A stretch of 57,627 nt of DNA. Origin: Prorocentrum cordatum. Lineage: Eukaryota. Where the stretch lies: positions 62,001-119,627 of the forward strand of contig CAUYUJ010000010.1 of NCBI GenBank assembly GCA_963575745.1, read 5' to 3'. The translations under genes and the position numbers were made by a program. The notes under the pieces were generated by a model. That model made no database searches and was not told the DNA's origin. It worked only from the letters and a program-made list of their open reading frames with translations. How positions within the stretch are numbered: the stretch's first letter is position 1; each line of letters begins with the position of its first letter. Positions 25,435 through 35,500 of this stretch are shown here, one piece after another.

Positions 25435-26399
25435 AAGCGGCCGCAGCAGGCTGCAAAAGGCGCGCGCTAAAGATGGGGCGCCCGGCTCCAGCACAGATGG
25501 CAGCATGGATTCGAGAGCTAACGGAGCCCCCATACCTTCGACAAGCCAGGGGTCTCTCAGAAGAGTCGCATTACGTACGCGCTGCATGGCAATATGCTCC
25601 TGCTCTACGAGGACGGGGTCGCGGCCGAGCCCGAAGCGAAGCTCAAGGAGGACCCCGAGGATCCCAACACCCCCAGCGAAAGGCCTCATGATCAGCCCCG
25701 TGGAGGTCTAGAGATGATGCAGTTTTGGATTCCAGTCGAGCAGTTGATCAGCGAAGCCTTTCGAGGAATGGGAGGAGACGTGAAGATGAACCTAGCCCCT
25801 CGCAACAACAAGGCCCGCCAATTGGGTGAGAAGCGCAGAAGAGGCAAGAACTGAGTGAGTAGTCCCTACGGCCACGCCCTCGTGCTGGGCCTCTTCCTGC
25901 AGGCCATCAGCCTGCTGCCCGCGCCTTCCAATATTCTCCTTGCTGGTGTATTCTATGCAGTTGATCAGTTCACGTGTTGTGATATCTGCACACGTGCGTT
26001 CTATCGTGTCAGCGCACGTGGGTGCTCGGTTGTGCGGCTGTTGATTGCGCAGCAGAATTTTGCAGAACGTCAGGTGTTGCGGCAGCAGCACGGTTGCCTT
26101 GTTAGGCGAAATGGTGAAATGGGTGGCGTAGCAATGGCCATCGAGCCCCAGCCCGAGCCAGAGTACAACAGTCAGAGGATAGTCTTGAAGGGCTTAAGTA
26201 CTGCACTGTACTCCTCCTCCTCCTCCTCCTCTCCTCCTCCTCCTTGTCAGCAGCATCGGAAGCATCGAACCATCATCCTCCTCCTCCTCATCACCATCAT
26301 CATGGGCATAATCAGCATCATTAGCGGCAGCATCATTATCATCATCGTCATCATCAGCATCATCATCAGCAGCATTATCAGCACCGTTCGCGTTAACAT

Positions 26400-27075
26400 T
26401 GGTTACGCGTATGATCCCATCCGTCGCAGGTGAAGTGAAAAACTGTCCTGCTTCGCTCAATGGCTTGCAGTGCGCGATCGCTCAGATGACCACTCTGTTA
26501 GCGAGCCGCGTGTGCAACCTTTCTAGGAGCGGACATACAGGTGGTCACGCATGCGATCAGTGCGATTGCGGATGTGTGAATGTCTGTGTCTGGTTCTATC
26601 GTGCGGTGCCAGAAATCGTGAGTGGCGGAACCGTGAGAGATCACCCACTGCACCCACATTAGCAATCGAGCCAACATCAGCAACGACCGCTCACCTCCCC
26701 AGGTCATCGACAGCTTCGCTGACAGCTGCGTCGACCACTCCTTTGCTTAGAAGATGACCGACTTCCACTCGCGATCGCTATCTGTTCCAACAGGTGCCTC
26801 GTTGACTCTGGCTCCAGTTCCGACGACGACTCGGGTTCTTACCGAGACGCTTGCACGGGTTGCTATGCCAACGCCAGCACCGACATTGATTCTGCTTTCA
26901 GCCACGACTCCCCGCTCCGGCTGCTGCACCATTGCCAGCTCCAGCGTCCGCGCCAGCCCCGTCGCCGGTTCTGATCTGATTCATGCCGCGGGTCCAATCA
27001 TGGGTTCAATAATTGAAGGTTGTTATTGTGTTTGTCCAGGGTTAACAGCTTCCCCAATCCACTCACCATGGTCAA
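26400..27075 (-). mobile_element. Heavily decayed APE-type LINE 5' region with a 2A-like motif
   Basis: The minus strand at 27070-27032 reads HGEWIGEAVNPGQ. One added base gives NPGP-NTITTFN (APE first strand). AGVGIATR follows downstream. Boundaries are approximate. Confidence 0.5.
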
Positions 27076-27779
27076 TCACATCGTATTGTTGGTCGCACAC
27101 ACAGTCATGATATGTCGTGTGTGTCGTTCTCCCTGTTCCCAACCGCCCTGGAATGCGCGCGCCGACGGTAAATTGTCTACGGCCTTGCCGTTTTCCTCAG
27201 AAGGCATATTGTTTTTGGCACCGTCTCGGCCCCCCCGCTTCTGGATTGCGTTCGATGTTAGGAAACTGCATCAGACACTTGGTAGCAGAAAACACGAGAG
27301 ACTTCAACATTGTCTCATCTGCCCGCGTCAAGGAGGAATAGTTCAAAGGATGCCTGAGACGGCAAACAGCTGGTAGTAGGGATAGTGGTTGGCCACGAAT
27401 CTGCGGGCATCTTCATTGCCGCGGCGCTGTGCTTACATATTGCGGCCACTGTGCCGATGTGTGTGTGTGTGTGTCAGAGAGCATCTCTCAATAATGTCTG
27501 CTGCTCTTGTTGACAATCTGGGAGCTCGTCCTCGAGTTGGCGTTCCTGGTCTACTAGGACAACGCTCGCGCAGTTCCGTCGCACCGCAGGCAGCAGCGCG
27601 AGAGCCCCCCGACTGATCTAGACGTGGCTGGCTGTAGGCGGCTACCGGGCTTGTAATGGATCGTCGAACGGTTGCACATCACGCGTCACAAGAGTTGCCG
27701 CGACAAGTCGAGTCCGTATTTCGTGTCAGGTATCGGCGCCAAGGATCACGCGGACACAGAAGTGACAGTCGTCCACGTT

Positions 27780-29012
27780 GCCACCCGTTTGCAGGTCCTC
27801 ATGTCTGGGGCGCATTCAGTGCACGACGAGCTGCTGCTCTTAGTTTGCGCGAGGGGCCACAGAGTGCTGGTCCGCTCAAGCTGCGCTGGCCGCTTGCCGC
27901 AGCGGGTCGTCTTCGGCCGAAGGTGGGCTGCATCTCGCGGCGGTGCACGCGGAGGAGCGCGAGTGCTACTTCCTGGACCGCTCCAGCCGGCAGGAGAGTC
28001 GGAACATGGTCCAGGTCGCGCGCGATGTTGCAGAGCACCCGCCGTTCGAACAGGTCTTGGAAGGAGAGGCAGCTCAACGCGCTGCCCACGCAGAGGTTCC
28101 GCGCGATTCCGCCCCAACTGCGCGTAAGAATTGAATTACATGATTGGCATTCGCGCGTGGACAAATTTCCAGAGCAAGAGCACGCACCACGCAGTACGCA
28201 GTATTTTGGAGTTCGGCTTCAGCTGGGCACGGCATGATCGCTAGCGGCCCTGGGCCGAAACGAGCTGGATTAGGAGTCGTCCGGCTTAGCCTGAGTGGAC
28301 TCGATGTGCTGGCGTCGTCGCGCGAATCCCTGCGAGGACAACGAAGTTCAGAAGTTGCTGAACTGTTCGCTCTCAAGACGTACCTAGACAACGTGGGGTT
28401 CGGACGCCATGTGTTGTCCCCATAGTGTGATCGGGTCGTCAGCGGGCTTCGTACAGCGAGGATCGGCACCGCCGGTGCCCTGCATGCCCGTGCCGAGCTG
28501 CGGGACAGTGTCTGGGATCGCGCTCGAGACTTGGAGGGCGAGGCGGCTGCGGCCGAGTTCAAGGTTATGCGCGCGTGCGCGATGATGACAAAGTTGACGA
28601 TGCCTGCTACCCAGGTCTCGGCAACCGCGCGGGCGACAAACCAGCCCGTGCGGGAGCGCCTCGCGCCCGACTGATGCCGAGCCCCGTATGCGCACCGAGC
28701 GGCCGCATGGCCTGGTCCAGTTTGCGTAAGGACCTTGTTGGGACGATTCCGGGGGAAGGGTTTGTGCTGTCGTTGCCCGTCCGTCGTGCAATGGGGGCTC
28801 GGCGGGGGCGACAAATTGTCCGCCGGCTGTCCGACGATGGTGCACGTCCCGAGGGTTGCACCGACCTTGTGTGCTTCCCCCGCAGAGGCTACCTTTGCAT
28901 CCGATGCCTAAGGTTTGGCAGCGCGCTCGACATCACGAGTGCCTCGCCGTGCCGTCCTGGAAAAAAAACGGTTTGGAAGGTCAGGATTGCTGCGTGGAAG
29001 TTGACTGCGTAG
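27780..29012 (+). mobile_element. Second decayed non-LTR retrotransposon 3' part: RNase H + Cys-rich end
   Basis: RAGLGVV...LRGQRSSEVAELFALKTYL...*CDRVVSG...ELRDSVWDR...FKVMRA.../GNRAGDKPARAGA, then YLCIRCLR...PC. Confidence 0.65.
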
Positions 29013-29619
29013 GTCGGTTGCGCGGGGATCGCCTGCGTACGCTGTGGGGTGGCTACCGCCCGCGAGCGGGAGCCGAGCCTTTGGAAACGGGAGATGACCT
29101 GCGGCCGACTTCTTTCGGGGCTTGTGCCTTCGACCACCATTGTATGGACCTTGTGTGCTGTTGCACGTCGTCGTCGTCATCTCCCTTCTCTCCCTCCCCC
29201 TCCTCCTCCTCGACCTGGGCCCCAAACTTCCCTATTAGTGTTGTTGTTTTTGTTCATCGGGGACGGCAGAGCGGGGGGTGATGATTAGGGGGGAGTGGAT
29301 AGCATGGCGAGGGCCATGATATCTCTCCAGATTTCATTGCGCCTTTTCTTATTTCAATGCGTCCTTGACCCTCCCTCCCTGGGCCGCGCACATGCCGCCG
29401 GACATGATGTGCGCCCTTCCCTCTTGGACACCCTCCTCTTGGCCGCCCCCGAATTCACGGCGACATGTTGTTCCTCCTTTCTCCTCTTCATCGTTTACTC
29501 TCCCTCGCCCCGAGGTGCCCGTCCGCCGCCGCGTCCGGGCGCGAGGCCGCTTGCTGTCGCCACTTGCACCCCTGTTGGCCCTTCCGGCACAACACTCGCC
29601 CACCCTACCGGCCCAAGAG

Positions 29620-31385
29620 GGGGAGGAGGAGGAGGAGGAGGAGGAGGAGGAGGAGGAGGAGGAGGAGGAGGAGGAGGAGGAGGAGGAGGAGGAGGAGGAG
29701 GCGGAGGAGGAGGAGGAGGAGGAGGAGGAGGAGGAGGAGGAGGAGGAGGAGGAGGAGGAGGGGAGGAGGAGGAGGAGGAGGAGGAGGAGGAGGAGAGGAG
29801 GAGGAGACGGAGGAGGAGGAGGAGGAGAAGGAGGAGGAGGAGGAGGAGGAGGAGGAGGAGGAGGGAGGAGGCGGAGGGAGGAGGAGGAGGAGGAGGAGGA
29901 GGAGAGGAGGAGGGGCAGGAGGAGGGCCCCACCTCCCACCTGGCGCCGTGGCTCGAGAGCCCGCTGGGCGGCGCCCCTCCCAAAGCGGAGGGCGCTCAGC
30001 CCAGAGGGGGGGAGGGCTTTTCGGCGCGAGGCAGGGCGGGCGCCCTCGGCGAGGCCTTCGGCGGCCCTCGTCTGCCTTTGGTGGCCCTCGGCGGCGGTTC
30101 GGCGCGTTGCCGGCGCGGAGTCGTTGTCGTCGCCGCCGTCGCCGTCGGCGGCATCGCGCTCCCGTGCTCTCGGGGAGCGCACCGAGGAGGAGGAGGAGGA
30201 GGAGGAGGAGGAGGAGGAGGAGGAGGAGGAGGAGGAGGACGAGGAGGAGGAGGAGGAGAAGAAACAGAAGAAGAGGAGGAGGAGGAGGAGGAGGAGGAGG
30301 AGAGGAGGAGGAGGGAGGAGGAGGAGCAGCAGGAGGAGCAGGAGGAAGAGCAGGAGGTGGAGAAGGAGGAGGAGGAGGAGGAGGAGGAGGAGGGAGGAGG
30401 AGGAGGAGGAGGAGCAGGAGGAGGAGGAGGAGGAGCAGGAGGAGGAGCAGGAGGAGGAGCGTGTTTGAACGTTTTGGCCAGCACGGCGCGTTGACAACAA
30501 AGGGGGCGGGAGAGAGAGACAGAGAGAGAAAGAGAGAAAGAGAAAGAGAGAGAGAGAGAGAGAGACACAGAGAGAGAGAGAGAGAGAGAGATTACCAACA
30601 AAAAAAAAAAAACGAAAAAACATCCAGAAAAGGGCGCTAGGGCCTCCATCCCGCATGCTCGCTACCCCTCGGGATCCGAGCACCGCCTTCCTGGCCCCAG
30701 TCGCCCCTACCGAAGGGTGGGGGGAGAAGGGAAGGCCCCCCAAGGGACGGAGTGGGGTCATGGCGGGGCCCTCCTGAGCCCGCGGGAAGGACACCACTAT
30801 CCCGCTCCCGCTGGAGGAGGAGGAGGAGGAGGAGGAGGAGGAGGAGGAGGAGCAGGAGCAGGAGAAGGAGGAGGAGGAGGAGGAGGAGGAGGAGGAGGAG
30901 GAGGAGGAGAGGGAGGGAGGGGGCGACGAGGAGGCGGAGGAAGTGGAGAAGGAGGGGGAAGGGGGACGGGATAATCCAAAAGCCCGCATGAGAGGCTATC
31001 TGATCGCCTTTGGCCCATCCCGCACCGTACTTGAATCGTGGAAGGGGCCTCTCAGAAACGAAATCTCTTGCGGGGGCTCTTTGGAAGCCTCATGCGGGTT
31101 TCTTGGAAGGCTCGTGGTTTCATCTCGGGGCCTCTTGGAAGCCTCTTGGGGGCCTGCTGGCGATTTCGGAGGAGGAGAAGGAGGAGGAGAAGGAGGAGGA
31201 GGAGAGGAGGAGGAGGAGGATGGGGAGGGGGAGGAGGAGGCGGGAGGAGGCGGAGGGAGGAGGAGGAGGAGGAGGAGGGGGGAGGAGGCGGAGGAGGAGG
31301 AGGCGGAAGGGGAGGAGGAGGGGGAGGAGGAGGAGGAGGAGGAGGAGGGAGGAGGAGGAGGAGGAGGAGGAGGAGGAGGAGGAGG
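29620..31385. repeat. Cluster of long (GAG)n and (GA)n tracts
   Basis: Directly visible. One of many such tracts (also ~1650-1770, 37890-38310, 44720-45090, 51960-52320, 52600-52940). Confidence 0.95.
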
Positions 31386-31567
31386 GTGCGTTGAGCTTTT
31401 CGGGCAGTGCGCACGGGCGTTCACTTAAAGCTGACCTCGAGCGTGCCCGCTCGGGGGGAGGACGGCGTGCCCCGCCCGCTCCAGGGAGGTGAGTCGGGCA
31501 CTTCTCCCTGCAGGAGGGATGTTCAAAAATAGTCAAACAAATAGTTCGGGGGGCGAGATGTTGCGTT

Positions 31568-31727
31568 TCAAGTCGGGCGTGTCCCCCTACAGTGGGATTT
31601 TCAACGACATATTACAACTACTCAAAACATATCCCAAATTGGTCCAAAGGTACTCCAAAAATAGTCCCCATATTATGTTTTGACTATTTTTGAATATCCC
31701 CCCTGTAGAGGGACAGGCCCGACTTGG
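31568..31727. mobile_element. MITE family A inner copy
   Basis: tcaagtcgggcgtgtccccctacag...ctgtagagggacaggcccgacttgg. Flanks gttgcgtt / gttgcgca (6/8 match). Confidence 0.85.
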
Positions 31728-31801
31728 GTTGCGCATTCGTTGGCCATTTGGGGGGGGTAATGTTTGCATATGTTTAATTGTTCCTCCCACATCCCCCCGT
31801 A

Positions 31802-31964
31802 CAGTCGGGGCGCTGAATAAGGAACCCTTTTTGTTGGGCAGGGGCCTCGTGTGTCTTAGTTGTTTCACACTGTGCCCTGGGTTTTCCTGAGGTTTTCCAT
31901 AGGAAATCGAAGTTAACGGGGTCTCATTCCTTATTTAGGGTTCCTTAGGTCAACGCCCTGACTG
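31802..31964. mobile_element. MITE family B
   Basis: TA|cagtcggggcgctgaataaggaaccc...ttccttatttagggttccttaggtcaacgccctgactg|TA. Confidence 0.85.
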
Positions 31965-32140
31965 TAGGACAGGCCCGACTTCACCCAAGAGTCCTCCGCA
32001 GAGAACGGGGCGCGGAGGCCCCAGGAGGCCCCCCCGAAGGGGCTCCCTCCCGGGGCGCCCTGTGGACGCCCTGGGAGCGGGAGCCCTGCGCAATCTGCCG
32101 AGGATGGCTCAAGTCAGGGATCGACGACAGAGTTGATGTA

Positions 32141-32282
32141 CAGCCAGAGCTCGGTGTTCCTTGACTGTTCTACAGTTTGCCTTCTGTTTTCCTGAGGTTT
32201 TCCATGGGAAGTCGAAGTTCAAATTATGGGAGAAGGGGGCCCCGTTCCTTATTTAGGGTTCCTTAGGTCAATGCCCCGACTG
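32141..32282. mobile_element. MITE family B, left-deleted copy
   Basis: TA|cag...ctcggtgttccttga...gttccttatttagggttccttaggtcaatgccccgactg|TA. Confidence 0.8.
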
Positions 32283-32434
32283 TACCCCAGAATTCGTTTT
32301 CTCGTCGAACCTGTATAAACACATCTGGAATTCTCCCTCGATCCTCGAGCAATCCACGCGCTAGTCGCAGATTCGATTGGGAACGTCAATTCTCGGGTAG
32401 ATCAATTCTGTAGTCGATCACCTACTTGAATGTT

Positions 32435-32850
32435 GGCCTTGGGAGCGCGGGCGCATCGTAATTCACCATGGGTCGCGCCCCTGAGAGCGCGGAAGCAGCG
32501 CAGCTTACAGGTGGTCGGGCCCTAGGAGCGCGGGCGCAGCGTGAATTCGTAGGGATTGTGGCCCTGGGAATTCGAACCCAAAGCAATTTACCTTGATCGT
32601 GGCCCTGAGAACGCAGACGCAGTGCAATTCACGAAAGACCAGAGCGCTGGGAGCGCGGACCCAGCGTAATTGACTACGGAATGTGGCGGTGGGAGCGCGG
32701 ATACAGTGTATTTTGCGAGAGCTCGTGGCGCTGGGATTTGAGATCCAATATAATTTACAAGGTATCGCGGCTCTCGGAACGCACACCCAGTGAAATTTCA
32801 TCGGGATCGTGGCCTTGGGGGCGGGCTTCCAACGGAGAAGACATGCACAG
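32435..32850. repeat. Diverged 42-bp minisatellite, ~10 units
   Basis: Consensus approximately GGCCCTGGGAGCGCGGACCCAGCGTAATTTACNNGGGATCGT, with 41-42-bp spacing. Confidence 0.85.
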
Positions 32851-32884
32851 CAGGCTGGGTCGTCCTCAGGTTCGTTCCTTAGCA

Positions 32885-33305
32885 CGGTCCCTGGCGCGTC
32901 CCCTGGCACGTCCCCTCGCACGTTACGTGGTGCGTCCCCTTGCATTCGCGTCCCCTGGCACGTCTGCGGTACGTCCCCTGTCCAAGGGCACATCTTTGAG
33001 CGCCACGTCCATTGGCGCGAACCGTGGCACGTTCCCTGGCTCGGTCCCCGGGTCTCTGGCGCTTCCCTGTCCGTTCCGTGACGCGACTCCTGGCGCGTCC
33101 CGTGCCGCGTCCCATGGCGCGTCCCCCGGCGCGTCTCCTGGGACCTCCCGTGGCATGACGCCCCATGGCACGCCCCCTGACGCCCCTCGGTACGTCCCGC
33201 GGCAGGTCTCTGACGCGACCACGGCACAAGTCCCTTGACACGTCGCCTGGCGCATACATTGGTGGGCCCCTGGCACATTCCGTGGCACGTCCACGCACCC
33301 TGCGC
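32885..33305. repeat. Degenerate ~12-bp repeat (cgtcccctggca-like)
   Basis: Directly visible. Confidence 0.75.
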
Positions 33306-33599
33306 CCCCAGTCGGTTCGTACAGCTTCGGCGCCGAATCGAATCATGAGCACGAGCTGGTTGAGCGCCCCGCACGTTTCAACTATAACCAGCTCTCGGCG
33401 AGCCATACGTTCATGCAGCTCGAGCTAAAATCCACATCAGCTCGATCAAGAGGAGGATGCAAAAGACGGCCAGATCCACAACGCAATAGAGCACAGCATT
33501 GTTCAACCCAGTATGCAAAAGGCACAGCCCTGCACAGCGCGGCATAGCATGACGCAGCGCAGTACAGCCCTTTGCATGGTATCATCACCATGGGTCTCC

Positions 33600-34200
33600 T
33601 CAGCATTGCTATTGCCCATGTCTCAAGTTATGGCAGCTCTAAATCCCTTTCCGCGTTCGTGGATCGAGGGAAGCCTGATTGGCGTGGGTATGGGCCATGA
33701 GCGTCGCGCGCGTTTTCCGAAAATTGCAAACTAAACTCTCGAGAAGCCGACCAAGTCTGTGCGCTGAGAGTTGGCGATTGCCACATCACAGTTACCGCAG
33801 CATGCTGCACTGCACTGCCAGAAACTCAGCCCCACATGTGCTAAAATCTATTCCTCGCAGTTTGATGGCCCCCGCAAGGGGGGCAGGCAGATTGTGATGA
33901 GCCGGGGAGCTAGCCTGTCCCCAATCATGCGCTGCATGGCGTGGCTACGATGCATCGGACAGATGTGACTCCGCCAAAGGGACTCCGCCAAAGGATTGGC
34001 CCCGAAGCATGCAAATCCTCATGGCATCAAGCCAGCACCGATGGGATTGCCCTGCTGCGCATGACTTGGTGAGGTGGGCCTGGAGTTGTGGATCAGTCTG
34101 GTCCATCAGATCTTGCGATTTCGATTTTGCGAATGGATGGGCCATTGAGCAAGCATCGTGGGATATTGAAGTGTCTCCTGGATGTGTTTTGGACACCTTC
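33600..34200 (+). mobile_element. Possible decayed LINE post-RT region
   Basis: LIGVGMGHERRAR... and RWDCPAAHDLVRWAW...NGWAIE...VSP resemble the linker downstream of LINE RT. Many stops. Confidence 0.3.
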
Positions 34201-34239
34201 TAAGCCGTTCTCTCCTGGGGAAGATTCCCACCTCCTCCT

Positions 34240-34322
34240 CCTCCTCCTCCCCTTCATCGTCGCCGTTCTCTTCCTTCTCCCCTTCCGTCCTTTCGGGGAA
34301 AGGCGGATGGCGAACTGGGAAG
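34240..34322 (+). CDS. Candidate hydrophobic exon
   Basis: LPFIVAVLFLLPFRPFGERRMANWE with high GC3. Boundaries uncertain. Confidence 0.3.
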
Positions 34323-34967
34323 GAGGGTGAGGGGGGGGCGGTCCAGATGGCTCTGGACTGGTTGATTTGACAGTACCTGATCGCTACCTGCGAGCGTGCA
34401 CAATTAGCGATGTACCCCGCGGCAGCGCCGCTCGAACTCCTCCGTGGTGTTCTTCCTCCTCTTCCGCCGCGTGCTCCCCATCCCCCCCTCGTTCTCGCCC
34501 TCCCTCTCCTCGTCCTGCTCGACCCCCTCGTCCTCCCTTTTCGTTCTAACCCTCCAACGCCCGCTTGTTGAGCCTGTTATCCGAGGTGGTGCCCGCGGCA
34601 TGCCCGTTGGAATGTGGAGACCAGAAGGGGAGAGCATCCGCTGCGTCGGGCTGGCCGACGAGGGCTCGAAGCAGGCCTCTGCGCCGCAAAGTCTTTCTCG
34701 ACCCATCTATGTGTTCCCTCTCCTCCTCCTCCTCCTGCTCCTCCTGCTCCTCCTCCTCCTCCTGCTCCTCCTCCTTCTCCTGGTCCTCCCTTGACGACGC
34801 GTCGATCACACAGGAATTTAATGCTTCGGGCGCAGCGGCCTTCGTGGGAAGGCGCATTCCCGCTGCGCGAACCTCAAAGGTGCATGTGGCACGCTGGACA
34901 CTTGGTTCCTCAGGTCTACGAGAGTATTGTCGTCGGACCTGTTGAACCAGTCTGCATCGAGGTACAA

Positions 34968-35500
34968 GCTGAGCCAGACCCTCTTCATGCCGATGGACCT
35001 GACCATGAGCCCGTTCCAGCCGATGGATCCTGTTCATGCCGATGGAACTTCTACTGAGCCAGTTCGCGCCGATGTGCCTGCAGAGCCAGACCCTGCTCAA
35101 GCCGATGCACCCGCTGCTGAATCCGTTCAGGCCGATGGACCTGCGGAGCCAGACCATGGTCGAGGCAATGGACCTGCAGCTGGACCAGTTCGCCCGGAGG
35201 TCCCTGCTGAGCCACAAGATCTTCGCGGCACGGCGGTGTGCACGGGCGGCGTGATAGATTGGCTCAGCCGTTTCATGGTGGTATTCGGCGTGCCGTACCC
35301 GGGCCTGCACGGCGCCTGCAAGTTCTTCGGCGTTGTCTGCCTCGCCGGCTTCCTGAGCGTGTACGTCCCTGTTCATGCCGAGGGTCCTCATGAACCAGTT
35401 CGCCCTGATACACCTGCAGAGCCAGACCCTGAAGACCATGCTGCTACACCCGTTCATGCTGATGGAGCAGTTGAGCCAGACCCGGTGCATGCCGACGGGC
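34968..35500. repeat. ~33-bp minisatellite interrupted by a unique hydrophobic-coding segment
   Basis: gagccagaccctgttcatgccgatggacct-like units, with a non-repeat insert at ~35225-35365. Confidence 0.7.

Larger units (their letters stand above)
31489..31983. mobile_element. MITE family A outer copy carrying two nested insertions
   Basis: Left TIR gtgagtcgggcacttctccctgcagg. The right TIR atccccccgta|ggacaggcccgacttca is split by a family-B MITE. Confidence 0.7.

Noticed and set aside
32435..32850. CRISPR-like repeat-spacer array
   Set aside because: The 'spacer' halves are homologous to one another, the repeats are not identical, there are no cas genes, and the context is eukaryotic.
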